A program made the translations under genes and the position numbers. This document shows, one piece after another, positions 26,481-40,770 of a stretch of DNA of 64,000 nucleotides. The notes under the pieces are model-generated. The model made no database searches and had not been told where the DNA came from. It saw only the letters and a program-made list of their open reading frames with translations. Position 1 is the stretch's first letter. The number at the start of each line of letters is the position of its first letter. This DNA comes from the human T2T-CHM13v2.0 reference genome, Homo sapiens: NCBI RefSeq assembly GCF_009914755.1, contig NC_060926.1; one strand, 5' to 3'.

Positions 26481-28059
26481 AGGTTTAATACACTGTTGGA
26501 AATTTATGAGAACTTTTCATAATAGTAACTTTGAGAGCTAGATGGATGTAATTAATTGGGCAATGAATTTCTGATTAGAAAATCCACAAATATTTGAACC
26601 TTTATAGTTTTTTTTCCCAATGTTGCATAGAGGGAAATGGTCTCATCAGAGACTAGAAACAGATAAACCAAAAGACAGCTTGAGTAAAGAATGCATACAT
26701 GTATAAACATGACATCAAAAATAACAATCATATGTTTAGTTTGGTACCTGGGTAAAATCATTCCTAATTCACTGACTTTTCTAACCAACGGTAAACCAAC
26801 CAATAAGCAGCGACACCTCTGAAACCCCCTGACTCCCAAGCTGCCACTTACTGACACAAACACACTTAAGCCCACATTAGCATACCCTTGCCAGAATACC
26901 TGCGGGATTGTGCTGAATAGCCTGAAGTGAAAGACAAACATGAGGCCTGGAGCAAAATTTCTTGATTAACAGTACACAGTCCTTTAAAGAGATCACATAA
27001 ACTTTTATCTGAAACGTGGCTTGGAGCATCTCAGCTAAAATCCGTTGCTATGAGAGTTGTCATTCAACTTTGGTAAATTCAGTGTGTGATAGATAATAAC
27101 CTCTGTACTGTTTAATAATAGATTCCCTATTTCTGATGCCAGTAAATAATCCTTACCTTTCTTTGGTGAACAGTTGCTTCATCCCAAAGCCCAGAACCAT
27201 GTGTGAAAACATTTTAGTAAAGGATTTTCAAGTAAAGCTCACAGATCATGAAGGTCTGACTTCATCAGTGATTGCCTTAGGCTATCTTCTGTGAGCTTTC
27301 TGGGTTTTTTTGCATTTTCTTCTGGGGTTGTCATTATCTATCTAACATTTGTAAATATTTCAGAAGTTCGAACTGTACATAATCAATTGTAAATGCTGTG
27401 GAGCTAGGGATCTAGCTAGGATCTACGGCTTTGAAGAGGATGCATGATCATTAAAATTATAATCAATCCATTTTCCTTTCTCCTAATATTTTTCCTATAC
27501 TGTAACATGTTTTGATACAATACATCAACATTATAAAATGACAATGTGATCTTAGGAAAAACTTTACAGGACTTTTTGAAAAAAAAATTGGGAAAAACTG
27601 ATTTGCTTTCCTTGCTTTTTCACTACTGTGGTTTACCAAATGCTCCAAGGGGTCATGTTGCCTTAAGTGCTGCCCGAGAGCATATTGATTTCCTTCCTCG
27701 GGCTGGCTACTCTCACCTTTTGACATCAAATGGGCTATATTGAAGAAGCACCAAATATAGTTTGCAATCCACCATAGGTAAGGCATAAGAAAATATTCAT
27801 CATTTTAAAAAGCTACACACTCATGTAATGGGCCTATTCTTAAAGATTGTATAATAAGCTGCTGAGAATATTCTTATATTATTTTTGACCAGATCCCTGA
27901 ATAGTAAGCACTTCATTGTGAATTTATAGCATTAAGAATAAAAATAGAACAACTTTCTTTCCTATGAATAGCTTCTATTCCATTTGAGAACTATTTCATT
28001 GGTTAATATGACTACTTCTGCTTTTCGAAGGGCTCTCTATCTACAGAATAAAGCATTGA

Positions 28060-28270
28060 TGAGCTGATTGTAAAATATGGCGATGTTGAAGAAAATAAAA
28101 CATCTTAAAAGGAGAAATATTCCATGTTCATGTATAGGAAGACTCAATATTGTTCACGTGTCAGTTCTTTCCGTCTTTATTTAACACAATCCCAATCAAA
28201 ATCCTAAAGAGTTATTTTTTGAAAATCTAGTGTCTAATGTTTATATAGAAAGTCAAAAGAGCCAGAATTA
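28060..28270 (+). mobile_element. Old L1 ORF2 fragment
   Basis: tattccatgttcatgtataggaagactcaatattgtt...caatcccaatcaaaatcc. Confidence 0.75.
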
Positions 28271-28586
28271 AATATGATGATGATGATGATGATAGAAAAA
28301 AGGAAGATATGGGCAATGTCCCCAAACTATAGGAATCTGAAAACTGGTTTAACATGGTTTGGACTGGGGTGTTCAAAAATAGTGGGCAACAACAGGCCTA
28401 AGGACCTAGTTTGATTCTAATGCATGAGCTTAGCGCAACAGATATAGATAGATACTTACAGATGTACTTCTATATCTATAGCCATATATATATCTCTACA
28501 AGATTCTAAAGAAACCTGGAGGCTGGGGGTTGAACAGAAGAAAGGAATAATACATATACATTATTCTGTAAGAAATATCAGAAAAC

Positions 28587-28883
<297 letters not shown>

Positions 28884-30314
28884 GTTTTACATATACATAT
28901 ATATATGCATATATATGAAAACTATTGAAAAGAATTGAATGTGTGGTATTAAGAAAAGAAGAAAATTGGTATCTCATCTAGTATCATAGTTGGTTTCATG
29001 CTGCTTTCTTATGGATCCATTGCTTTGGGAGAAAATAACTTTTTCCCCTAAGTGAAATCATAAAAACAGCCAGAGCCTTTTTATTTTAAACATTCTTTCA
29101 AAACACACAAAAAAACAGGTATTAGAAATTATGAGAAAACTTGGAAGTATATTTTTCTTTTACTCTGAAGTAAACAGTTGAAATCCACGCATTCATAGCC
29201 TGCTACAAAATACTTTTCAACTTCAATGAGTTGGTGGTCTCTGTTGGATCCCACTAGACTAGTGTCCATTAGAGCAATTAGTTCTTATTAGCACACTTAT
29301 TGTCAAGGTTTTATAAGAGCCTGAGAATGGATGGGCAGAAAAAATAATCCCTTTATCTCCACTAGTGCTGAACCCTTCAGAAGAGAAGACTGAAAGATTC
29401 TTATGAATCTGTGAGGTAATTTCACTGCCACTAGCCCATTGGCAGCAGTAACAGAGATCTGTCTCCTGATTCCCGCCTACAGCTCTCATGAGCATGATCT
29501 TCATTCCAGAAATGGAAAATAAGATTCCAAAGAAATGATCATGTTATTTACCTTCATGGTTGAAAGCTCCCGAGGAATTCTAATGCACATTTTACATTTT
29601 AACACAATGAAAACCACTAAGTTCTCTTGCATTTCTCATTAATATGGTTCAATGAAATAAGCAAAGTGTTTCTTACGCAATGTATTAATAAGTTTGCAAA
29701 ATGTCCTCAAGTTTAATAGCCAATAATGTTTCTCAAACCTTTTCTTATACATCTAATCAGAAAAATATTTTTTCATCCCAATGTGGGTTAGAGAAATACA
29801 CCCTGAATGAGTGTTTAAACCTACTTTGTATAGTATAATTTTTTTCCTCTTTATTGAATGATTATAAACTCTGAGTACGACTGTGACTAAACAGTAAAAA
29901 TCAATTTGATATCATAATGTGTAGGACATTTAAAGATATTTTATTAGTATAAAAGTTATAATTCCATTATTCCTATTCTTCAATTAAATTGAGAACTATT
30001 TCATTGGTTAATATGACTACATATTGTATTGTATTTATTTAATATTATACTCCCCAAAATATATAGGGTTAAGAAAGCAATTCAAATTTTAGTTAAAATT
30101 ATCTTAGAATCATAAACACAGGTAGAAAAAAATTAAGAAGTACTCCTAAAACAATATAACATGGTGAAATTATTTTAAAAGAAAATGTGTCAATATTTGT
30201 TAAAATTAAAATGACTACGCCTTTGGGAATGTGCTGTAACTAAACTGACACAAGTACTTAAATTTGTGGATATCCTTTTAAATTTATTTTGCTAGTTCTA
30301 ACAATTCTGCCAAC

Positions 30315-30950
30315 CATATATATATTACACACACATATGCATACACACAGGTGGCATTTGTCTATATATGTGTGGCAGAATTGTGTGTGTAGTATCATAT
30401 ATGTATTACATATGTGTATATGTGTATGTGCATTATAAAACACAAATGTATATACCCCTCTGTATATAGGTAAATAGATAGAGATGTATGTATACATAGA
30501 TATACATGCCTATATTCAACTATGTACATACGTATACATAAATACATATACATTGGTAACACATATATAATGGATATATTGTATAGGTATATGCACACAT
30601 ACATGTATTATACACAAAAATACTGCATGTATATAGGTAGATAGGCATATATATGTATATACATATATATACACAGGCATATATACACATATATTACGTA
30701 TAATATATGTTATGCAGGCATATGTACACATACATGTACATATATACATATTCATAGGTATGTACATAGGTAAATAGCTAGATATATGTATGTGTATATA
30801 TACCTATGTATATACATATCTATGTGTTTATATATACGTATATGTAAAATGTATATAATACATACATAGAGATACATATATACATATCTGTCTTTCTATA
30901 TACACAGCCATATGTGTATATGTGTGCGTGTGTGTATACATGTTTATATG
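30315..30950. repeat. Degenerate (TA)/(CA)/(TG) low-complexity block
   Basis: ~630 bp of alternating purine-pyrimidine variants (tatatacacat, gtatatatac). Confidence 0.9.
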
Positions 30951-31914
30951 GGAGAATTATTAGAATTAGCAAAAAAATGAAATGGTTGGCAATAAAGTAA
31001 ATATTGATCCTCAACAGACACTATACTATTGTTTACTGTGTAATCACTAAGATAATGAATTATTGGTGTATGTATTAATGTGGAATAATGTTTACATTAT
31101 AAGTGTAAAAATTATATAATAAAGTTTTGAAAATAGCACATGACTGAAGAAAAAAGTCATTTGGTTTCCTCTTTATGTTCTTATGCACTCTTATAGATGT
31201 ATTTTTTATAATTATAAAACTACATTTCAGTGAAAAACGCGCAGAATAGACTATCTTAAATTCAATTACGAACAAGTTGAGAAATAAACTAATGAACAAA
31301 CAAATGGTATAAGTAAAGATTGGCAACATCAGCAAGAACATCAGAATTTTAAACAATATGACTTGGTATATTTTCTACATTGCTGAATGTATTAAATATG
31401 AGATATTCAGGAATGGAGGTGATGCCTTGTAAATGTTTAAAAATGGTATTTTTTTCTTTCAAAATATTTAGTGTCTACAATTCATCAGTGAACCAAGTAA
31501 ATCACGGCTTCTTCAAGTGCAAGGATCGAAACCAATTACCATTAGTGACCATCGGGTGCAGCCGATCCTTTCTGTCCTGTTGCCTGAATCTCAATGATCT
31601 CCCAAGTGTGCCCATGCAATTTAACAGAAAGATCAATATACCACAGCAGTTAGCAGCAGCTCTCTTGAAGTGCTTCACAAAACATGCTACATTTCTCTGC
31701 TGAATAAATGTCAAAACATTCCAACAGCTACAATTCTTGGGAGAAATCATTCTTCTGAAACATTATTGACATACTTTAACCCACATTTCCCGCTGCTCGC
31801 AGGCTTCCTACTGGCCAGTCAATTCTGATTTGGCAAGAGCCACATCGACATGTGTACCCTGCTGACTTACTCAGTTGGCATAAAAGATATCAGAATCTGG
31901 TAGATAGGTCTTGG

Positions 31915-31958
31915 GGTTCAAGGGTCAGTGGTCTAATGCTGACCCAAGGTCAAGGTGA
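31915..31958 (+). promoter_or_regulatory. Nuclear-receptor motif cluster (DR1, NR5A/ERR site, DR0)
   Basis: GGTTCA-A-GGGTCA at 31915-27; CCAAGGTCA at 31944-52; AGGTCA-AGGTGA at 31947-58. Confidence 0.45.
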
Positions 31959-33609
31959 TGGCAACCTCTCTCCAGAGACTTGGCTTCATTTCTAATATGC
32001 CCTTGAAACCGATCAATATCATCACAGAGCTTGCCTTCCTAAGCATAAAAGACCTCCTGATCTAAAGGCTTCTGAGTTACTTCTGGCAAACCAAAAGCTT
32101 AAAAGCTGTGTCAGAGCATAGTGGAGCAGACTTTATTTCTCACTTCTTTGAGACACTGACAGTGATTACAGTTCTTCAAATATATCTATGAACTATGACA
32201 TGTCACATATATATTTATATATGTATATATGAGAGAAAAAAATAAATTTGTTTTCATTAAATGAGTTTTTTTTTGTTAGTTCACATCAAAAGCTCTCACA
32301 TTGTGGCCACATTAGTCTAATTTTCATATAATGCTCTGATGTTTTTGAGAAGTTTTTGGTAGTTGCTGATATCTGAAATGGATATTTTTCTTTGATGTTT
32401 GTTTTGTTTTCCTTTGTTTTATGTCCTTTATAACAACTCCTTCCCTTCAATCTTTCTGTAGACTATTTTATTTGGAAATATGAAAATCTTCCAGTGTGAG
32501 AAACATTTCAACGTAAGTATGAGCAGCAAACCATTGCAGTCAGTGTAAGCTTTATTTTTCTGTTCATAAGAACAAGGACACATTAGGGCTGTCCACCGGC
32601 TTAATGACCCTGGAGGTGTCACTGCTGATGGGCAATAATGAAAATAGTTATCCAAATGATATAAGGTATAACAACTATTGTTCTACCAAAATTTATTCTT
32701 TAAAGATTTTTGGAAACCAAGCATAATATTATTTACCTAGAAAAGACTGTAACTTCCGAATAGAGCACCTTAGTTTTACTAATTCAGAAAGTTATAACAG
32801 GTTCGGTGAATCAACTGCTGCATTTGGCTTTTCACACAGCTCTGCTGGTAGTGTTTATTGGGTCTACACTTAATATAGATTTATTCAGTGTTAGTTAATA
32901 AGAAAGAAGAGGTCTTTACAAAAAAATAAAGTATTATCTTTATTTTCTTTCAGGTACAAAATTATTTTATGGAGTAAATAAATGTATATAATTGTTAAAA
33001 CATTCAGCAGTGGTAAGGGAGATATTAAGGCTCTTTGCCTTAATTTTTCCCAACAAATATCAGCAATTGCAGTTTCAGTGATACATTTTTCATTGACTCC
33101 ACTTAAAATTACACACTCTTGTAAGCAGACAAGAACCTCTTAATATTACCCATTATTAATTAATATACCCTGAAGAGAAGATATAAAGCCAACATTTTCA
33201 TAATTATTTTGTATTACCCTTTTTTCAGAACATTTTTCAGACATGATTTAATATAAAAATGGAAAAATTACATGAAGTTTCAAATATAACTTCTTCAGGA
33301 AAGCAGTAACTAGATATTTCAGAAAACGATCAATGTCACCCTCTCTCTTTTTTCAAATGCACACACACACACAATCAATAATACTCTAAATAATTATTTT
33401 ATATATGTATTTTAGGTTATGAAAACATATTATTGAGGTAATGTGCAAGAATTACATATAGCCACAATGTCACCAACATGACATGAGATTAATACAATAA
33501 TAACCAAGATAGACATTACCACACCTACTCACAAATATACACACAAGAAGAGTCCTTGACTTAAATTCTGAGCCCTAGTAGTTAGCCAAAGATTTAATTA
33601 TTATAATCT

Positions 33610-34035
33610 TGTTTTAGCTAATTCTTACACTTCTATAAAGAAACATCTGAGACTGTGTAATTTATAAAGACAAGAGGTTTACTTGGCTCACAGTTCTACC
33701 AACTGTACAGGAAGCATAATGCTGGCCATCTGCTTGGTTTCTGGGGAGGCCTCAGGAAACTTAACAATCACTGTGGAAAGCAAAGGGGAAGCAGGCACGT
33801 CTTACATGGTGGGCGCAGGAGGAAGAGAGAGAGAGGGGAGGTGCTACACACTTTTAAACAACCATATATCATGAGAACTTACCCTCGATCATGAGAGTTA
33901 CACCCGGAGGGGTGGTGGTAAACCATTAGAAGCTGCTGCCATGCTCCAGTCACCTCCCACCAGGCCCCACCTCCAACACTGAGGATTACAATTGAACATG
34001 AGATTTGGGTGGAGACACAGATCCAAACCATATCA
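33610..34035 (-). mobile_element. MSTA MaLR solo LTR
   Basis: Ends gagatttgggtggagacacagatccaaaccatatca; internal ggggaggcctcaggaaactta. Confidence 0.9.
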
Positions 34036-34424
34036 AATCTTACATAGTTTGAAAATTTCATAAAATCACATGTGTTAGATAAATTGCCAATCTTATTCTA
34101 TAACCTGGAAGAAAATGAAATCTAGCCTATGTTAGATGAAGATTCTTATGATTAATATACTGACGTTCATATATATTTTGTGTTCCATATTTTTAAGTAT
34201 TTTGAGGGCAAGTTTATTTTCTCCTCTATGCTATACAAAATATATCTTAATTATATGTTATGCCCCTTATGAATGCTTACTACCTTTGACATCGCCTTTG
34301 AGAATCTAAATAACCATTTCTTGAATGTTCACATTACATTTTTTATATCAGTTAATTTTCATATCACATTTTGAAGTAGATATTTTAGTATTCTATATCA
34401 GGAGCAGGAGGCTGTGAAAGTTAA

Positions 34425-34739
<315 letters not shown>

Positions 34740-34744
34740 TTATA

Positions 34745-34873
34745 TTTTTCTTTTATACAGACAAATTTTTGCTATGTTGCCCAGGCTGTTCTTGAACTCC
34801 TGAGCTCAAGCAATCTGCCCATCTAGGCCTCCAAAAGTGCTGGGATTACAGGTGTGAGCCACTGCACCCAGCC
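34745..34873 (-). mobile_element. FLAM/AluJ left monomer
   Basis: gctatgttgcccaggctg...ctcaagcaatc...gcacccagcc; outer TSD attattgtatat (34428-39, 34876-87). Confidence 0.85.
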
Positions 34874-35399
34874 ATATTATTGTATATTTAGTTTCTAAGC
34901 TCAAGGCTGTCTTAACCCAAAGCCTATCCTGTTAAGCAATATACTATTCTAATGCCACCTCACCAAGAGTAGCTGAAGGTGATAGGCTCATGGCCACCAG
35001 AAAGGAGAATTCTTAACAGAGGGAATTGATGCCTTATCTATCAGGTCTGGAGATGACAGTAAACTAGGCAACTATCATGACAGTAAACTACCTAGGCAAA
35101 ATATTAGTGAAATATACAGGTAGAACAAAGTCTTTCAGAGTAAAAAAAGGATGGCTTAGCTCGCATGTACCCTTACTTAGGAAGCTACTGCAAAGCTCAG
35201 TAAATTGAAGAAAGGGAAAAAACAAAGTACGGTGACCAGGACAGGAGTAAAAAGAAGCCTCAAGTTGGCAGCTGTCCAGGAGGTCCAGAGAGCAACCTGC
35301 ACCCACTGGTTTTGTAAGACGGTGTTGAGAGAAGCCTCCTGCATGGGGCAGGGTTCCGGCAGGATTATGTGATGATCTGTTGGATCATTTAGAGCACAG

Positions 35400-35716
35400 T
35401 AGAGAAATTGTTTAATAGGTACAAAACTACAATTAGAGAGTTCAATGGGTTCTTGATTTCAGTAAGTTCTAGAGTTCAATAGCCCAGTAGGGTGACTGTA
35501 GTTAACAATAATATTTTTGCATCTTTTAAAACAGATATACAAGAAGGTTTGGAATGTTCCCAGATACAAAGATTAAAGATTGATGAATGTTTGAGATGAC
35601 GGATATCTCAATTACTCTCATTTGATTATTACATATTATACGCATGTATCAAAATATCACATGTGCCCCCAAAATTTATACAATAACTCTTATCAATTAT
35701 AAAAAATAAAAATAAA
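35400..35716 (+). mobile_element. L1MA-type 3' end
   Basis: gtagggtgactgtagttaacaataat...tgtatcaaaatatcacatgtgccccc...A-rich tail. Confidence 0.8.
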
Positions 35717-36154
35717 GTATTAATTAAAAACAAAAAATTGAAGTAAAACAATAGGAGGTATATAATAAAATATAATAAAAAATAAGATAGCAACTACTGT
35801 ATGGAAAAACATTGAGTGAAGAAAAAGTACTCATAATACAACTTGGGTCAAGTATGAGTAACATTAATATTGTCATAGGAATGTTACCCTCTGCAATATA
35901 TTTTAGATAACATTATGATTATTAGGGCTATAAAGTTAAAGAAAACAAAAGGTTTCTTTTCACACAAAGGTGACAAAAAATAATATAAAATGTATACTTC
36001 AAGTAATAAAAAGATGACTTATATTTAGGAATACTATATCCTCAAACAATTCACTCACAAAACACCCACAAACACACACAGCTTAAAGGATTCGATGTGT
36101 TTACGTCTAAGAATCAGCAAGTAATCTGTATATTATCATAATCCTCTTAGTAAT

Positions 36155-36560
36155 TGTTTATGGCCAGGTTCCCTAGGAGCACAGCCTGAGATAGGGATTT
36201 CAGGGCACATGCTTTATTAAGAGAACATTCCTCTGCAAAAAGAAATAAGGGAAGTAGGATAGAGTAAGCAAAGGATGTCTTAGCTGGAGGGTACTTTGGT
36301 CAGATCCCACTGGGAGCACTGGATGTAACCTCACCACATGGTGATCCCTGCTTGAGGCAGAGGACCTTCTGGACCCTTTGTCAACCAGTCCATGTCTGCA
36401 GGCTGCCCTTGTTGGGGAAGTGAGGAGTGAACTTGGCCAGAACTGTTCTTCTGAGAAGGGGAACAGCTGTGATCCATTAGCAGCCAGAAATGACGGTGGC
36501 TGGGGGAGGGCTGCCCTGGGCTGGGAAGGGAATCTGGGTGCCACATGAACATCTACTGGA
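36155..36560 (-). mobile_element. LTR16/LTR33-type ERVL LTR
   Basis: aggttccctaggagcacagcctgagat...gatcccactgggagcactgga...gggaatctgggtgccac. Confidence 0.65.
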
Positions 36561-37372
36561 GCAAAATGTAATTTTAAAAATTATATGCCTATGCATTTGT
36601 TTTAGTTACTTAAAATTAATCTTAAACAAAAATAGATATGTATTATAATTAACAACATATGCGTTAAACAAGAAGCAAACATGAATTTTAGTTGATTATG
36701 AAGTTAATATGTTTATTAAAGAGTATTGTGTAGCACCAACCGCATGATTGATTTCATTTCCATCCCATTTTCTTGAGAAGATGGAGGTGGTCTGTCCTAA
36801 CCTGCTTCTTGTAGGTTACAAGTCGAAGAACCAATATGGTAAGGTGACAGGAGTGAATACTTAAAAGGATAAAGTGCAATGGTAAGGTGCTCAAACACCT
36901 GCCATTTAAGAGATAGGTGAAGAAATTGGTGGTGTTTTGCCTGGAAAGGTTTATGAGAGATAGGATAGCTAATAATACTTCAGTTATCTTTCTATGATTT
37001 CAGAGGTTTTCAACATGAAAACAGTGAATATTATGGGAAACATATTTTAATTTAAGCTAAGAAGAGGTTGTCTGACATGACCCAACTTTGGGCTTGATGA
37101 GACCCCTGCCACAGGATACGTACACAGGTCAAACAAGTTAGTGATGGAGAATCAATGACAGAAGGCAACCATAGGAAGGAGAAAGGTTCATTCTAGGTAG
37201 CCTCTAAGGCACCTTCCCACTTTGGGTGTCAACAACCCAATGATACTTGTATAGAAGATAATTATGATGAGAAGGTGATCCTATTAGGCCAATTCATCTT
37301 AAATATTCTGTGATGCCATAAAACTCTCTTTGATACTTTTTATCTTTCTAAAAGATTTAATAAAGAAATTCT

Positions 37373-37662
37373 GGACCCGCTGCAGTGACTCACGCTTGTA
37401 ATCCCAGAACTTTGGGAGGCTGAGGAGGGTGGATCATGAGGTCGAGAGTTCAAGACCAGCCTGGAAAATATGGTGAAACCTGTCTCTACCAAAAACAACC
37501 AAAAAATTAGCCAGGCACGGTGGCAGGTGCCTGTAATCCCAGGTACTCGGGAGACTGAGGCAGGAGAATTGCTTGAACCCAGGCAGCAGAGGTTGCAGTG
37601 AGCCAGATGGTGCCACTGCACTCCAGCCTGGGCGACAGAGTGAGACTCCGTCTCAAAAAAAA
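37373..37662 (+). mobile_element. AluS
   Basis: Full dimer; TSD-like aaagaaattctg / aaagacattctg. Confidence 0.93.
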
Positions 37663-39649
37663 GACATTCTGTAGGATTCCACTCTTTCTGCCCACAAGTG
37701 GTAAAACCACAGAAACTATATTATTTGGCACATAATATTGAGGGCTCTGCAAGTTCCTAAACACTCTTTTGGGAGGTGGTGATACAGCTTTGAACAAGAC
37801 CAAGAAGGGCCTTCTGTCTTGCATTCTTTGGCTCATCAGGCAGGCAACAAGGAAAAAAGAGATGGAGATATTCTCATCAAGCCCAAAAAAGAATTAGAAT
37901 TATGAATTCCATGTCAAGACCATTCACAGTAAATAAATAAAAATAATAATGATGCTTGGAGTAAAAGGCTCAGCACAGATAAATATGTTGTCTATCATGC
38001 TGCATAGCTTATCCAATCAAGCTTTGTGATAATTTTATTTGAATGCTTAATGTAAATTATCTTTTGTAATTTAAAATATTTTAGTGACCAAAGCACTTTA
38101 AAAACTTTAAAATCTTTGTTTTCATGGATGGAGTGGTAGGCCCACATGTTGGGGTAGAATTTCTAGCGGTATGAGTGAAGGCAGAGAATGGTCAGTTTGA
38201 CAGTGGCAAGTTAACTCTCACCATTTGTTAGTTCAACATTGGGTTAAAAAACAAATAATTCTAGTGTTGTCCTGGGCAAAGAAGGCTTGCGTTCTCCAGT
38301 TTGTTAAAGGCTCAGCTGTTCCCTATATGACCCAGCCAATCACTTCCTATGTTGGTTGCCTGCCTGACACAACTCAGAATGATCTGTAAGTTCCATGAGT
38401 CAAAGAGCTTGGTTTTTCATTCTTTTTACTTTTCTCATCATCCAAACATCTGGATTATGCCTAGTAGGCACTCTTTTCATTTGAGGGGATAGAATAATGT
38501 CTTTCCTTCCATATTTAGTTTTTATGGATGGTTTTTATAAGATTTAGCAAATGTCAGCCATTTTTAAAGTTATGTTGGGACTAAATAAACCAGAAATATT
38601 ATTCAACACATTCAGTTCATCTTGCTGAAGACCAGCACAAAAATATTAGAAAAGCTCATTTATTCTTTCCAGAATGATTAACTGATGGCTTTATGGTTGT
38701 ATGCTTTTTACTAGCTATTGAGGATTAGAACGAACTCACTGTCCATGCCCATATCCTCACTGCATGCTGCATTCTTGAAAGGGAGAGTCCACACATCCTA
38801 TGCATGGTGTCACATATCATCGCAACAATGGGTATGAGTGGAACAATTCACACACAGTGCTGATTTCCTAGGCATTCATAGGTCACTAGGCCTTTTTATT
38901 TTTTAAAAAAGAGATATTATTTTAACAATTTCTTTCAATTATCAATAAAGAGGATTATTATTCCTCGATAGAGTTAATAGAGGGTAAAGTTGATTTACAT
39001 CAAATGCTCAGAAGGGTGGTGCTGTAATGTTATCATGTATCTAGAAAACATGATTGAAATTGTCACATTATTTAATAATAAACACATGTGAAACAGTATT
39101 TTGGCATGAAGTAAGAATAATAATCAATCCACTTGCGGTGAAGACTATGTCTACAACAAATACTTGGAATGCATTAACTGTAGGTTAGCACTGCCATAAA
39201 GCTATACTTCGTTTTTTGCTTATAGTGAATTTTAGTTTCTCTTTTAATTAAATCAATAAATTGTCCTTCCTGCCCAAAAGGTTAACCCAAAAGTACCATT
39301 CTAATAGATTTCTAAAAGAGCTGAAGGAAACACTGTAATCAGATGACTAAGAAAACATGTTATATTTCCTTGATAAATAAATACAAAAAAAACAAATGTT
39401 CCTTCTCCACCAGGTCAGCCTGCAATAGTCTTTTCACACACAAGATAGCTAAACATAAATGCAATATCAGAAACTTCAATTTTCTATAATTGCAACATGT
39501 TTTAAATGAATCTAGTGTTTTAAAAAATCTATCAACAAAAAGACAAAATGGTGGATACCCATTTCCAAGCTCTTAAGGAAATAAATGAGACTAAGTCCAT
39601 GACCAGGCTTAAGATTATGCTGAAGTAACAGCTGTCAATAGAATGGGAA

Positions 39650-40131
39650 TGTTACAGAGCAATCAATGGGCTTGCTGTCTGTTGCACATAGAGGCCAATT
39701 ACATAGCACTGTCTTTTGAGAAAAGAAAAGCTTTATTGCAAGTCAACTAACAAGGAGACAGGAAGAAACGCTCAAATCTGTCTTGCTGAGTTGGAATTTG
39801 GGTCAGGTTTTATACGTGTAGGATAATGAGGTGAGATCTAATTGAATTTTGCAATGAGGTGATGTCAGGGTACATGATGTGACTACATCCTGCCTTGGGG
39901 TAGTGCCAGAGCTTAATCTGATTGGAACCTGGGTCCAGACATGTTATGTTCACTTCTTAATTCAGTCTCCATTTCTTGGTCTGAGCACTTAGGTTCCACC
40001 CATGGTTGCAGTTTGGTTCCTCTGAGCATGCTCAAATTATATGAACTTCAACCTGGGGTCCACTGCAACTGAAAAACAACTCATAGCTTTGTTACATAAA
40101 AGTTCAACCAGAATGGTCTGATGCAGTTACA
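39650..40131 (-). mobile_element. ERV1 (MER4-group, MER49-like) solo LTR
   Basis: TG...CA termini (tgttaca...gttaca), 4-bp TSD GGAA (39646-49, 40132-35), reverse AATAAA (tttatt) near the left end. Confidence 0.8.
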
Positions 40132-40139
40132 GGAAGACT

Positions 40140-40430
40140 GTTTCTTAGCCAAGGTTTCCTGAAAGCATAGCTGAAATAAAGTTTTACTGAGGGGGTCTTC
40201 TCAGAGTTGTCCACCTGGGGGAAGATAGGCGAAGGCTCTTACCAACTGGCTCCCATCCCTATCCCAATGGCTGAGGTTGTCTCATGGGCATGGACTCTCT
40301 CACACTTTCAGGGTGCACATGTGCAAATACCAAAGATGTGGTGTTAAAGCAACCCAGAGAAGTCAGTAAGAAATAAATGGCACAGCTGAGGTGCTCAAAG
40401 CCATTGGAAGCATGTACAGAATTGTTAGCC
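40140..40430 (-). mobile_element. LTR33-like ERVL fragment
   Basis: ggtttcctgaaagcatagctga...ctggctcccatccc...cactttcagggtgcacatg. Confidence 0.45.
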
Positions 40431-40574
40431 ATATCAATAGTATTAATCAGAAAGGAGGCCATCAGTTTGTCATATACGGAGCCCAGAAATTTCACTTACC
40501 ACCACCACCTCACAGACCCTCCGTGGAGAGTGAAAAATCCCCACTACATGGTCATCATACTGAAGTTCTCTGTT

Positions 40575-40770
40575 ACCCATGGGTAAGGATCCCTGGGTCC
40601 AGATATCAGCTCTATAAACTGTTATGTGACTTAACTTCTTTCTACTGCAATTTCCTCATTATTAAAATCAGATAATTAAACTTACCTTACAGTACTGCTT
40701 TAAGAATTAAGTTACTTAAAATAGGCAAAGCAACTAGAGTAGTACCAAGGACATATAAGCATTAAATATA
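40575..40770 (+). mobile_element. MIR
   Basis: ctgggtccagatatcagctct...tgtgactt...tttcctcattattaaaa...cttaccttacag. Confidence 0.6.
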
